A model generated the notes under the pieces. It did not search any database, was not told the origin of the DNA, and saw only the letters and a program-made list of their open reading frames with translations. The position numbers and the translations under genes were made by a program. A stretch of 63,726 nt of DNA, the filler included, from Lama guanicoe (taxonomy: Eukaryota), in the NCBI GenBank assembly GCA_013239625.1. It is 197 parts of 197 records of this genome, joined end to end, with 100 filler letters (N's around TTAATTAATTAA, not from the genome) between each part and the next. Parts side by side here need not be neighbours in the genome. Positions count along the whole stretch, not along the records: positions 38,555 to 38,778 come from PNXV01041799.1; positions 38,879 to 39,102 come from PNXV01041800.1; positions 39,203 to 39,426 come from PNXV01041801.1; positions 39,527 to 39,750 come from PNXV01041802.1; positions 39,851 to 40,074 come from PNXV01041803.1; positions 40,175 to 40,398 come from PNXV01041804.1; positions 40,499 to 40,722 come from PNXV01041805.1; positions 40,823 to 41,046 come from PNXV01041806.1; 189 more parts are not named here. One strand, written 5' to 3'. Positions 38,555 to 51,414 of the stretch are shown here, one piece after another (positions within the stretch are counted from its first letter, which is position 1; each line of letters starts with the position of its first letter).

Positions 38555-40398
38555 AAGAAACAGTAAAGTGTGATCTATTCGTTGGACAAAAAGAAATAGA
38601 TGGAAGCTACCCCTGAGCAAGTCTAGATATTGGATTTGATAGAGATTTAAATGAGCTGTCTTAAATATGCTCTAAGAGCAAGTGTTGATCCTAAAAACTT
38701 TTAAGAAGTTAAATGAATCTTATAATTAGTTAAAAAATAAGAAAAGACCAAGATCTTAGGATCTACTTACGAGTATAGNNNNNNNNNNNNNNNNNNNNNN
38801 NNNNNNNNNNNNNNNNNNNNNNTTAATTAATTAANNNNNNNNNNNNNNNNNNNNNNNNNNNNNNNNNNNNNNNNNNNNATTCTGTGTGCTGTACAATATA
38901 TCCTTGTAGCTTATTTATTTTATACATGGTAGTTTGTACTCTTAAGCCCCTACCCCTATTTTGTCCCCCCCTTGCAGAAAACTTAACATTGTTAAAATAT
39001 CAATGTTACCCAAAACATTCTACAGATTCAGTGCGATCCCTATTAAATACCCGATGATATATTTTTTTGCAAAAATATAGAAACCCATTCTAAAATTTAT
39101 ATNNNNNNNNNNNNNNNNNNNNNNNNNNNNNNNNNNNNNNNNNNNNTTAATTAATTAANNNNNNNNNNNNNNNNNNNNNNNNNNNNNNNNNNNNNNNNNN
39201 NNTCTGCAGTTCCAACTACTGTGACTTTCTGTTCTGTGGAGATGTGAGCTACATATGTGAAACACGTGTGAAAGGTCTGTGTATGTATGTATACACACAG
39301 ACACATACATAGCATTCCTAATAGAGGCAGAACACTGGAGAACAGAGTCCACGCCTGTCCGCAGTTGAATAGTATCATATGTTATGGGACACCCATGTTG
39401 TAGACCATCATGCCATTTTTAGAAAANNNNNNNNNNNNNNNNNNNNNNNNNNNNNNNNNNNNNNNNNNNNTTAATTAATTAANNNNNNNNNNNNNNNNNN
39501 NNNNNNNNNNNNNNNNNNNNNNNNNNGCTGGGCAGAATCATCTAACAGTTTCTTCATTCCCATGTCGGGTGCCTGTAATGACTGGGTTTACTGACCAGAA
39601 CACCTACACATGATCGCTCCATTTGGCTTGGCCTTCTCACAGCCTAGCAGCTGGATTCCAAGAGGGAGTGTCCCCAAAGAAGACATCCAGAGCAAACATT
39701 CCCAGAGCCAAGACAGAGGCTGCAAGGCTTCTTCCCACCTAACCCTGGAANNNNNNNNNNNNNNNNNNNNNNNNNNNNNNNNNNNNNNNNNNNNTTAATT
39801 AATTAANNNNNNNNNNNNNNNNNNNNNNNNNNNNNNNNNNNNNNNNNNNNGCCTTGGAGTTGGACTGATTAATATGCTATTCTGCCCTAGTTCAGAGACC
39901 TCTGGGAGTATTGTTCCAGGGGCAAAATCCATCTGCCTGTATTCCTCAGGAGGATAACCAGAGAAGCAGGGGTTGGTACTAGGGAGGCCTCTTGAAGGTG
40001 GGCACATTTTGGCAGTTAAGGGAGGACATAAGGCCCCTAACTGACTCCAGGTCAGGGGCTGGTAAACCCTTCCTNNNNNNNNNNNNNNNNNNNNNNNNNN
40101 NNNNNNNNNNNNNNNNNNTTAATTAATTAANNNNNNNNNNNNNNNNNNNNNNNNNNNNNNNNNNNNNNNNNNNNAAGAAACAGTAAAGTGTGATCTATTC
40201 GTTGGACAAAAAGAAATAGATGGGAGCTACCCCTGAGCAAGTCTAGATATTGGATTTGATAGAGGTTTAAATGAGCTGTTTTAAATATGCTCTAAGAGCA
40301 AGTGTTGATCCTAAAAACTTTTCAGAAGTTAAATGAATCTTATAATTAATTAAAAAATAAGAAAAGACCAAGATCTTAGGATCTACTTACGAGTATAG
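38555..40398 (+). repeat. Near-identical contig pair 4 (38555-38778 vs 40175-40398)
   Basis: Identical 49-bp ends; 5 substitutions. Confidence 0.97.
39527..39750 (-). mobile_element. Old MLT1 LTR fragment
   Basis: 'accagaacacctacacatg...ggcttggccttctcacagc...ggattccaagagggagtgtccc'. Confidence 0.65.
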
Positions 40399-43300
40399 NN
40401 NNNNNNNNNNNNNNNNNNNNNNNNNNNNNNNNNNNNNNNNNNTTAATTAATTAANNNNNNNNNNNNNNNNNNNNNNNNNNNNNNNNNNNNNNNNNNNNAG
40501 GACTGTAACCTTACAAAACAGCCTGAATTACCAAGAAGACCACACCTGGAGTGCTTACGAGATAAAGAGATCTAACCACTAGTCTCTGTAGAATTGGTCA
40601 CCTGGCGGCATCATGTCGCCATTCTAAGTCTTCTGATGAGAAAATGACTCTGTTGGTTGTTATCAATGCTATATTGTTTGAGCTATGGCTATATCACCAC
40701 TCCACCCCACCCCCAAGGGGGGNNNNNNNNNNNNNNNNNNNNNNNNNNNNNNNNNNNNNNNNNNNNTTAATTAATTAANNNNNNNNNNNNNNNNNNNNNN
40801 NNNNNNNNNNNNNNNNNNNNNNAAGCCATTTAGCCATCTCAATGTCCAGTCTTTTCCCAAAGGGCACTCCCTCTGTGCTCACAGCGGCCCCCCACCAGGG
40901 GCGTTTACTAAGGTCTGTGAGCAGGCATCCTGAGCTTCGCCACCAAACCACATGCACCGACTGCCTGATGCCAGCAGCTCTCGCCTCGAGAATGAGCCAC
41001 ATCCTCACAACACCTGTATGATTGGCAGTTCTTACATCAAGGGTATNNNNNNNNNNNNNNNNNNNNNNNNNNNNNNNNNNNNNNNNNNNNTTAATTAATT
41101 AANNNNNNNNNNNNNNNNNNNNNNNNNNNNNNNNNNNNNNNNNNNNAGACCCCGCAGTGTGTCAGTGACAAATTCTTTGTTCTAACTTTAAAAAAATTTT
41201 GCCAGGGTACAGAGTTGTTGGGGTGTGGAGGGAGAGCAGGTGTGAGTAGTGATGTGACCAAGTTCATGCCCCTGAAGGGGACCCTGGGCTGGGAGACCAC
41301 CAATGTGAGTGCATTTCTTATGGAGGGGCAGCCTGCAGGGAGATGGCTGGGGCTGGGGCCGAGGGCACAGNNNNNNNNNNNNNNNNNNNNNNNNNNNNNN
41401 NNNNNNNNNNNNNNTTAATTAATTAANNNNNNNNNNNNNNNNNNNNNNNNNNNNNNNNNNNNNNNNNNNNCATTTCAATAATGTTTTTAAAAACGGCAAA
41501 AAAGAATAGAAGGTGGTCTCGGCAGCCTTACTGCCACCACCTTTCCAAGAGTGACACGACAGAAGTGGCTCCAAGTTCGAGGGGAAATAAATCCGTCTGC
41601 AGGCCCCGGGGAGGCAAGGTTTCGCACGCGCCCAGCACCTCGGCTCCCGGCCACGGCACCCACTTCTCACCACCCTCGGGCCAAGGAGACGGTGNNNNNN
41701 NNNNNNNNNNNNNNNNNNNNNNNNNNNNNNNNNNNNNNTTAATTAATTAANNNNNNNNNNNNNNNNNNNNNNNNNNNNNNNNNNNNNNNNNNNNAGCACT
41801 ATGAAGATCCCTTTTGTTGTATTATGTGCATGGGTCACAATGGGAAAAAGAACAAGCCCAAGTCTTAACTCCGCATCATCCATTTCCAACCTTACTGTCC
41901 GGCATTCATCCCATTTCTGCTCCTTGGCCAGCGTACTTCAATCGCTTGTACGTCTTATGTGCTGTTTCCTCCATGGGGGTGGCTCCACTTTGTATAACCT
42001 TGGAAAAACTCTTAGCCANNNNNNNNNNNNNNNNNNNNNNNNNNNNNNNNNNNNNNNNNNNNTTAATTAATTAANNNNNNNNNNNNNNNNNNNNNNNNNN
42101 NNNNNNNNNNNNNNNNNNGGCCAAAAAAAAAAAAAAAAAAATCAAGCTCTACCCAGAGGAGGCAAACTGATTTAGAAGATCTTCTCAAAGGAAGGTGGGA
42201 ACATTAGTACTGAATCAGCCCTAACTACTGACATCATCCAAGGAATCCTTCTGTCACTATGTTGTCCCATCGCCTGAATGTATCTACCCTCCTGGTCGTA
42301 GATAAGGTATGTGTTGCTGGGCAGACACACAGACAGGCAGTTNNNNNNNNNNNNNNNNNNNNNNNNNNNNNNNNNNNNNNNNNNNNTTAATTAATTAANN
42401 NNNNNNNNNNNNNNNNNNNNNNNNNNNNNNNNNNNNNNNNNNACTAAATTGGAAGTTTAATTGGAAATCCTGAGTTCCAGGTCTTGGGTCCCAGTCTTGC
42501 ATGATTAAGATCTTTGCCCTTTGGTCCACTCTTTCAGTGCAAAAGACCTAAGCATAAGTAGGAGGGGGAGTGACAACCAGAAATTTAATAAACCTTGGAA
42601 TAAATCTCATTCCCTGCGGAGTTCAATCTTGAACCAGTCTGGACCTGGCACTTCTAAGGGGAACTTNNNNNNNNNNNNNNNNNNNNNNNNNNNNNNNNNN
42701 NNNNNNNNNNTTAATTAATTAANNNNNNNNNNNNNNNNNNNNNNNNNNNNNNNNNNNNNNNNNNNNATACACTTCCTGAAGGCTGTTCATCTTAGACAGA
42801 AAGAGATGTAATGATTGGTCATTACCACCTTCAACACTCTCCCCATTCTCTATCCATATCACTACATTTATTTTTCCTCTGTGCTTAGCTTGTACCATAG
42901 CGCAGTCCAGTGGTAGGGCTTTAACAAGCAAAAAACAAGTATTTGGTAAGAGATGTGACAAAGATACAATGTAACATAGGTGAAAAAATANNNNNNNNNN
43001 NNNNNNNNNNNNNNNNNNNNNNNNNNNNNNNNNNTTAATTAATTAANNNNNNNNNNNNNNNNNNNNNNNNNNNNNNNNNNNNNNNNNNNNAGACCCTACC
43101 AGGGGGACCCTCCCAAACCAAGAAAAGGCTGGAGGTGCTGAAGTTTAACCCAGAGCAATAGCCCAAAGTGCGTAATGTGTTAGATTTCTCCGAAACCTCT
43201 CAGGTGTGTTACTTCACTTAATCCTTGCAACAATGGGATGTTACTCCCATCCTGTGAATTAGGAAAAGAGTTTAAGGGGCTTCCTCTAACACCCCAAGAC

Positions 43301-43432
43301 TAGTGCATGACCAANNNNNNNNNNNNNNNNNNNNNNNNNNNNNNNNNNNNNNNNNNNNTTAATTAATTAANNNNNNNNNNNNNNNNNNNNNNNNNNNNNN
43401 NNNNNNNNNNNNNNAGAGTTCAAGGTACTTAC

Positions 43433-43638
43433 CTGGGGCAGAAATACTGATCAAGGAGACAGACGCTCCCTCAGCACTGCTGCTCCATTTTCCCGACTCC
43501 ATCAGGAGAAGCTGGGCGTTACAGCCGCGGGCTCTCAGCCCAGGGAGCAGCACCCACGCCGCTAATCTCGACCTCAGGGATCGGGAAACGGAGAGGAAGG
43601 CAGCCCCGGTGTCGCGGGGCAGGGAGAGCGGGGTGGGG
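43433..43638 (-). other. Candidate first exon in CpG-rich sequence ending at a consensus splice donor
   Basis: Minus strand CCAG|GTAAGTA (intron begins at 43432), CpG-rich upstream. Gene not identified. Confidence 0.45.
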
Positions 43639-46600
43639 NNNNNNNNNNNNNNNNNNNNNNNNNNNNNNNNNNNNNNNNNNNNTTAATTAATTAANNNNNN
43701 NNNNNNNNNNNNNNNNNNNNNNNNNNNNNNNNNNNNNNGAGGGTTAAGTGACCTGGTGAGCATCGTCTGTGTGTACTGACCACTGCCTTTTTTTAGAAAA
43801 GCTGTTCATCTTTTTTTTTTTTTTGCATTCATTTTGACCTTTTTCAACGTTGCACTAACATCGCACAGCTCCTGACGTGGCCATGGGGACTGACTGCTAT
43901 TATTGTGTCGTGTACAAACGTGCTGGCAATCAGATTTCCTTTTGGTTTCGAAACAGCACCGTNNNNNNNNNNNNNNNNNNNNNNNNNNNNNNNNNNNNNN
44001 NNNNNNTTAATTAATTAANNNNNNNNNNNNNNNNNNNNNNNNNNNNNNNNNNNNNNNNNNNNCGGGCACTTAAGGAGAAAGCTACCTGTATCTCTAAGGT
44101 AGAACACAACACGATTTGTTCAGTTGGGTCTGGGATGCTGAGGGTACAGAGGGGTCGTTGAGGTCAATCCTGAAAATTTGCCTCATGTTAATATTGGAGA
44201 TCATGTTGACAGTAGTTTCAAATAAAGGTTGTTTGAGATGAACCTTTGTTTGATGGTTTCAGCCTCTATTGGTCATATTTATCAGANNNNNNNNNNNNNN
44301 NNNNNNNNNNNNNNNNNNNNNNNNNNNNNNTTAATTAATTAANNNNNNNNNNNNNNNNNNNNNNNNNNNNNNNNNNNNNNNNNNNNGGGGACCAGTGCCC
44401 GGTGAGGGTAAGCAACGCCAATACGTGTCATGGACAAATCCAGAAGAAAGAGGTGGGCTTCCTGGCAAAGGCGGCAGGGGAGTGTGGAGTCACAGGATAC
44501 AAAGTCCGCGGCAAGTTGGGGGGAAACCTGCTCAGAGAGGCGGGAAAAGCAAAGGCCCAGAGTGGGGAAGTCCAGGACGTGATGGGGTTCCTCTGTCACT
44601 AGATGGCTGTNNNNNNNNNNNNNNNNNNNNNNNNNNNNNNNNNNNNNNNNNNNNTTAATTAATTAANNNNNNNNNNNNNNNNNNNNNNNNNNNNNNNNNN
44701 NNNNNNNNNNTTTACTGAGAGGGAAGACAATTGGAGGGGAAGGTAAGGGAGACAACAAAAGCTTATTATGAACCTCTGTTTTATTTAATTTTTCCATTTT
44801 TTATTGACACATATTTGATTTAAAATGTTATGTTAATTTCTGGTATATAACACTGATTCCGTTATACATGTATATGTACATACAAGTCTTTTCATATTCT
44901 GTTTCACTACAAGTTAATAAAAGTTTTGCACTTGNNNNNNNNNNNNNNNNNNNNNNNNNNNNNNNNNNNNNNNNNNNNTTAATTAATTAANNNNNNNNNN
45001 NNNNNNNNNNNNNNNNNNNNNNNNNNNNNNNNNNGCTATAAGGGTATACCAATTGAAGTTCTCAGTCAGACACAGGGGCTACTGCATTTATCAAACAAAA
45101 ACAATACTAAAACAAGGAAAAACTGAAAATTAAAGCAAAAAAAAGGGAAGAGATTTACTAGGGGGAAAACACAAAGTATACATAGAAATGGTAAATATCA
45201 GAAAGGATACTCCTGGAAACCAATTTAATTAACTGGAAGGCTGGCAAAATGAACATAANNNNNNNNNNNNNNNNNNNNNNNNNNNNNNNNNNNNNNNNNN
45301 NNTTAATTAATTAANNNNNNNNNNNNNNNNNNNNNNNNNNNNNNNNNNNNNNNNNNNNATTTTATATAATAAAACAATCATTTTCTTTATGCTCTTTAGA
45401 ATGGGTTCGTTCTATTAAATGGACATTTTGGATAATGTCTACCATGAGAGAACCTCTCTAGTCCTTGCTGCAGTTACTTGTACTGACTGCATCCTACACT
45501 GACAGCACCTATCTGATGGTGCTAAAGATCATCCTTTAGATCATGAAACCTAGTACTTCCTCTCTGAAATCCATTCTGGCCTNNNNNNNNNNNNNNNNNN
45601 NNNNNNNNNNNNNNNNNNNNNNNNNNTTAATTAATTAANNNNNNNNNNNNNNNNNNNNNNNNNNNNNNNNNNNNNNNNNNNNTGAGATCACCTACATGCC
45701 TCTCCTCAATGTTATAAACAACCTTTAGCTGGATAATACTTTGGTAAACACATACGCAAAGGTACGTCTAATTTGGCTGCCTTGAATCTGAGCAATCTAT
45801 GAAGCGACCCCTTTCCACCTCTCTGTCGTGCTTGCGAGGAACCATTCCATCAACCTTGTATTTGTCTTGCCCTAAATTCTAATAAAAAGATCACAAATAA
45901 ACGACANNNNNNNNNNNNNNNNNNNNNNNNNNNNNNNNNNNNNNNNNNNNTTAATTAATTAANNNNNNNNNNNNNNNNNNNNNNNNNNNNNNNNNNNNNN
46001 NNNNNNGGTCACGTTTCTTTTAAAAGTAGGCTTCCAAGGCAGGGCACATCCACTCCGAATTTTAATTCTAATCAAACTACCACAGTAGTTAATAAGCTCA
46101 CTTCTCATAAGGCGGAGATAGAGTTCAGTAACCTTGTTTCTGGTATCAGTTCTCTGCCCTGTGCACTCCCTCCTGGTCTCGTTTCATTTTGTCTGAATGG
46201 ACAAATGAGGAAGCGTGTTATCTTTTGAAANNNNNNNNNNNNNNNNNNNNNNNNNNNNNNNNNNNNNNNNNNNNTTAATTAATTAANNNNNNNNNNNNNN
46301 NNNNNNNNNNNNNNNNNNNNNNNNNNNNNNACTGTATAGCCTTTGGAAATACTTTCCTGCAGAGCCAGCTCTGTTTTATATGAAGAACTAGTATTTAGAA
46401 AAACTTATAAATATCCCGGTTCTAAACATACATATCTCTCTTTACAGTTTGTACAATATATTCCCTTACATTATATAATTTAATCCTTAACAACTGAGGC
46501 TGAACGAAGCACCTTGCTGAGGCACTGAGCCATTGCTACATCATTTGTTCTGGCNNNNNNNNNNNNNNNNNNNNNNNNNNNNNNNNNNNNNNNNNNNNTT

Positions 46601-47302
46601 AATTAATTAANNNNNNNNNNNNNNNNNNNNNNNNNNNNNNNNNNNNNNNNNNNNTGAAGATGCCAACTATAACATTTTACTCAGGAGCTTGCAATATTTG
46701 GGGATTGTTGATCTACCTTAATGTTTTCTTTAAAATTAAAACGATTCTTGAAGGATTAATGGCTACTACTAACTATGACAATAGTTGAAATGTACATCCC
46801 ACATTTATTATGCGTCGACTGTTCTGTTCTACATGTGCTACCTCATTGTATTATCATAACATCATAATCTGGTAAGCANNNNNNNNNNNNNNNNNNNNNN
46901 NNNNNNNNNNNNNNNNNNNNNNTTAATTAATTAANNNNNNNNNNNNNNNNNNNNNNNNNNNNNNNNNNNNNNNNNNNNCGTTTTGTTCATCCCTCAGAAT
47001 GGTGGTATGGGAACTAGGGAGGGGGAGGAAGACTCATTAGTCTTCTAAAATGCATTTTTCTGGCCTAGTCCAATGTCAGGATGTTTAGGCAGGAGATAGA
47101 AATAAAAAAAAAAATAAGAGAGGCAAATTGTTTCTCTCCAGTAGTAGCAGTCACTCAGCAAAACAAACAAGTCTACCGGAATGCTTTGGCGATTATACAG
47201 GCNNNNNNNNNNNNNNNNNNNNNNNNNNNNNNNNNNNNNNNNNNNNTTAATTAATTAANNNNNNNNNNNNNNNNNNNNNNNNNNNNNNNNNNNNNNNNNN
47301 NN

Positions 47303-47526
47303 GTGGTGACGGAAATGTTCTGTATCCTAACTGTGCTGGTGTATACAACAAACCTACACATGTGATGAAACTGTAGAGAACCAAGGGCACGCACACGCGC
47401 ACATGCACACACACACACACACAAATAAGTGCAAGTAAAACGGGCGAAATCTGAATAAGATTGGTGAATTATATCACGTCAATATCCTGGTTGTGATATT
47501 AGAGTTTTAGAAAATGTTACCATTGG
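47303..47526 (+). mobile_element. L1MC/L1MD-type 3' UTR with internal (CA)n
   Basis: 'gtggtgacggaaatgttctgtatc...gaaatctgaataaga...gtcaatatcctggttgtgatatt...atgttaccattgg'. Confidence 0.8.
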
Positions 47527-48274
47527 NNNNNNNNNNNNNNNNNNNNNNNNNNNNNNNNNNNNNNNNNNNNTTAATTAATTAANNNNNNNNNNNNNNNNNN
47601 NNNNNNNNNNNNNNNNNNNNNNNNNNTGTATGTGGCTGTTTCTTTGCTGTAACTGTTTAAAACATTCTAGCTGTGTCCTGGCTGAATCACAGGTTCAATC
47701 CTAACCTGACTAAGGTACTGCCACTATGTTCTACAGCAGCAGTTCTAAACTTCTCTGATCATGAGGCCCCAGTTTTAACGCCAAAATGAGTTATTAACCA
47801 TGTACAACATGTCATAATTCTCCATTTTTGCTATCCTGAGAGAGGTGAGANNNNNNNNNNNNNNNNNNNNNNNNNNNNNNNNNNNNNNNNNNNNTTAATT
47901 AATTAANNNNNNNNNNNNNNNNNNNNNNNNNNNNNNNNNNNNNNNNNNNNAAGATTAATCCAAAAAGGATAAACAGAGCAAAAATACTTAGTTTTCTGAC
48001 GTAATAGTATCACAGAATTTTAACAAACTGCATAATTATAAGATAATGAATTCTAATTGTATTATATGATTTGCTTTACATTCTACTATATAATTATTTA
48101 AAATTAACTTTAATGTAAAAAATAGCTATAGTGGAACCTGGTGATGCATTGAAGTTCTATGGTCTTTCCAGGCCNNNNNNNNNNNNNNNNNNNNNNNNNN
48201 NNNNNNNNNNNNNNNNNNTTAATTAATTAANNNNNNNNNNNNNNNNNNNNNNNNNNNNNNNNNNNNNNNNNNNN

Positions 48275-48418
48275 TGATCCACCTTGGTTGAATCTGAGGA
48301 TGTGGAACCATGGAAATGGAGGAATGTTATATATGGAGGGCTGACTGTAATTTGAGGATTTTCAAGTGAGTGGAGGGTCAGCATCCCTGACCCCGACATT
48401 GTTCAAGAATCACTGTAA
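48275..48418. mobile_element. Tigger2/MER8-type DNA transposon end
   Basis: 'ttggttgaatc..ggatgtggaacc...ggagggctgactgta...ttgttcaagaatcactgTA'. Confidence 0.7.
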
Positions 48419-48598
48419 TGTCTTCTTAGGGTTGCTTTGATTGTTAAAAGTTTCTTTGTCTTTCCCTGTTTTTGATGAACTTGAAAGTTTTGAAGAACNN
48501 NNNNNNNNNNNNNNNNNNNNNNNNNNNNNNNNNNNNNNNNNNTTAATTAATTAANNNNNNNNNNNNNNNNNNNNNNNNNNNNNNNNNNNNNNNNNNNN

Positions 48599-48729
48599 AG
48601 GTTCCCGAAGCCCGAGTCACAGCCCGTGATGAAGACGTACTTGTCCCGGAGGTGGCTCACCACCTGCCTCTCCCGGTACCAGCGTAGGAGGTAGAACAGG
48701 CCCACCAGGGCCGCCAGGTACAGCCACAT
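48599..48729 (-). CDS. HSD17B6: First coding exon (partial) of an SDR9C-family retinol/hydroxysteroid dehydrogenase, HSD17B6/RDH16-like
   Basis: MWLYLAALVGLFYLLRWYRERQVVSHLRDKYVFITGCDSGFGN: hydrophobic anchor plus TGxxxGxG Rossmann motif; Kozak CACCATG. A pyrimidine tract and AG acceptor (48749-48750) 19 nt upstream favour an HSD17B6-like structure. The family call is strong; the paralogue call is less certain. Confidence 0.8.
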
Positions 48730-51290
48730 GGTGAGAAGATCTCCTTCCCTTTCAAAAGAAAAAGAACAGTTTTATTTTATTCCTTCCTTTTTTCTCTAAC
48801 CAGTATTGAGTATTTACTATGTNNNNNNNNNNNNNNNNNNNNNNNNNNNNNNNNNNNNNNNNNNNNTTAATTAATTAANNNNNNNNNNNNNNNNNNNNNN
48901 NNNNNNNNNNNNNNNNNNNNNNTCTCCTTAACCCAGGTCCCAGATGAGGAAACAGCCCAGTGACACTCGGCCCAGTGACACTCACTCAGCCCAGAGGGCC
49001 CTCAGACTGAATGTGCACGTGGGAACCCGGGCAGAAGTGGGCTCCAGGCGTCCCCTCACCTGCGCAAGGTGGCAGCGGCTCTCAGCACCCACCTCAGCAC
49101 CCACCTGCCCAGCCTTCCTCACTGAGTCACAAGGGAACTGGGTGGGNNNNNNNNNNNNNNNNNNNNNNNNNNNNNNNNNNNNNNNNNNNNTTAATTAATT
49201 AANNNNNNNNNNNNNNNNNNNNNNNNNNNNNNNNNNNNNNNNNNNNGAGGAAACGAGGCGGAATAGATGGATCTGAGACTCTGATGGGCTTTTGGGGTAA
49301 ACTGTGTCGGCCCCCCTCCCCGTGCTCGGATGCCGATAAACTGACCAGTTCTCCAAAGCCAGGCCAGGCCGTGCTCTCCCGAAGGGCGGACCGCAGGCCC
49401 CTCGCGCCTGCCGCACCCACCGCACCATTACAGTTGCTCCCCCCACTCTTCCCCGTGGGCCCTGGAGGGCNNNNNNNNNNNNNNNNNNNNNNNNNNNNNN
49501 NNNNNNNNNNNNNNTTAATTAATTAANNNNNNNNNNNNNNNNNNNNNNNNNNNNNNNNNNNNNNNNNNNNAACCTGGGGACTATCCCTCTTCTTTGTAGA
49601 TGGATGAGTTCTTGTTGGCATTTTGTGCCTCAAAGGGTATAAGAGAATATGCCTAGATCCAGCTTATTTCTGTTTTTGGTAGTACCCCCACATCCACAAA
49701 TTTCATGAACTTAGATGGCTACCTCAAGTGAGTGCACCAACAAGATACATACTTGCTGGTTCCGATCACCTTCCAGTCCTGGAAGGGGGTTCTTNNNNNN
49801 NNNNNNNNNNNNNNNNNNNNNNNNNNNNNNNNNNNNNNTTAATTAATTAANNNNNNNNNNNNNNNNNNNNNNNNNNNNNNNNNNNNNNNNNNNNTTTTGC
49901 ACTGTGATAATTTAGTATTTTTCATCATTTTTCTCTATTCACTATGCAGTTAAACTTTCATTTTTATGATGTCTTTTGATCAGTAATTCCTAATTTGTCT
50001 AATCTCAGTAACTTGAGGCAATTAAAGTACTTACAGTTTACCCTAATACCACTATGAGCACAAAGAAAGTATAGACACTGAAATTGCACATAGTATTTGT
50101 TACTTGGTACTTGTGAATNNNNNNNNNNNNNNNNNNNNNNNNNNNNNNNNNNNNNNNNNNNNTTAATTAATTAANNNNNNNNNNNNNNNNNNNNNNNNNN
50201 NNNNNNNNNNNNNNNNNNCATCTCCCTCTGGCCCCTTGTTTTGTGGCTCGGAAGTTTTTACCTCCTGTGGCAATGAACCACAGTGACAGTCACTATAGGT
50301 AGTAAATTGGTTTTCTTTATAAAGCGGAAACAGGAAAACTGTGAACAGTAAAGCAGGAAAAAAGGATGGCTGTGCAAAGGACTTTCTCAAGGGTCAATTT
50401 TAGGAAGAGGACATAGGAATCTGAAAAGTGATTTCTTGAACGNNNNNNNNNNNNNNNNNNNNNNNNNNNNNNNNNNNNNNNNNNNNTTAATTAATTAANN
50501 NNNNNNNNNNNNNNNNNNNNNNNNNNNNNNNNNNNNNNNNNNATAATATTCTATATTTTGTATATAATGTCCTTTCTTGCATAGTTATGCAAATAAAGCT
50601 GGCATCATAAAACAAGTTTTTATACTTTCACCCCCTTCAGATTCTTGAATGGTTTGGGGAAGAATTGGTGAGAAATTTTCTTCAAATGTATCACAGAATT
50701 CACCAGTAAAGTCATCTTTTAAATATTTTCTGGTTTTGGAGGTTTGGATAACTGATTTACTCATACNNNNNNNNNNNNNNNNNNNNNNNNNNNNNNNNNN
50801 NNNNNNNNNNTTAATTAATTAANNNNNNNNNNNNNNNNNNNNNNNNNNNNNNNNNNNNNNNNNNNNTTGTGGCCACACAAATCCTTACCCCACAGCTTGT
50901 TAGTTACCCAGCTCCTGGGAGGTGTTCTGGTGCCAGGGATGAGGAGCAGTGAAGAGGCACAAGGAAAGTCCTTTGTGTCGTGAGCTGTCTTTCGGGTCAG
51001 GGGAGGGAGGAGGCAATAACAGCCAAACATAAAATGTGGGTGTGGGGAGGTTGGGTCCCTGGTGTCGGGCCTGTGTGTCACCTGGAGTTANNNNNNNNNN
51101 NNNNNNNNNNNNNNNNNNNNNNNNNNNNNNNNNNTTAATTAATTAANNNNNNNNNNNNNNNNNNNNNNNNNNNNNNNNNNNNNNNNNNNNGTGCAGATCA
51201 TGTCTGTACACTCAAAATAGAGAATTAAGAAAATTGTCTTGATCCTGCCTTTGGATTTTTTTTTAATTTTATTGAGATATAATTCACATA

Positions 51291-51414
51291 GGGGGGATTG
51301 CATAACTCAGGTGGTAGAGTGCATGCTTAGCATACACAAGGTCCTGGGTTCGAGTCCCTGTGCCGCCTCTAAAAATAAATACTTAAAACCTAATTACTTC
51401 CCTCCACCAAAAAA
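51291..51414 (+). mobile_element. Near full-length tRNA-Ala-derived SINE (Vic-1 type)
   Basis: A-box-like 'taactcaggtgg', 'gcttagcat' anticodon arm, B box GGTTCGAGTCC (51347-51357), tail 'aaacctaattacttccc'. Confidence 0.88.

Larger units (their letters stand above)
36287..45582 (+). repeat. Near-identical contig pair 3 (36287-36510 vs 45359-45582)
   Basis: Identical 49-bp ends; 7 substitutions. Confidence 0.97.

Noticed and set aside
43426..43458. U1 snRNA 5' end (TACTTACCTGG)
   Set aside because: Similarity fades after about 11 nt with no U1 body or Sm site. It is better explained as the complement of a consensus 5' splice site.
43850..43962. Internal exon after CACTAAC...CACAG
   Set aside because: The branch-like motif is unusually close to the AG with no intervening pyrimidine tract, and neither open frame resembles a known protein.
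20087..48729. Gene cluster linking the CCDC144-like, UNKL and HSD17B6-like exons
   Set aside because: They lie on independent contigs grouped only by length, so there is no linkage information.
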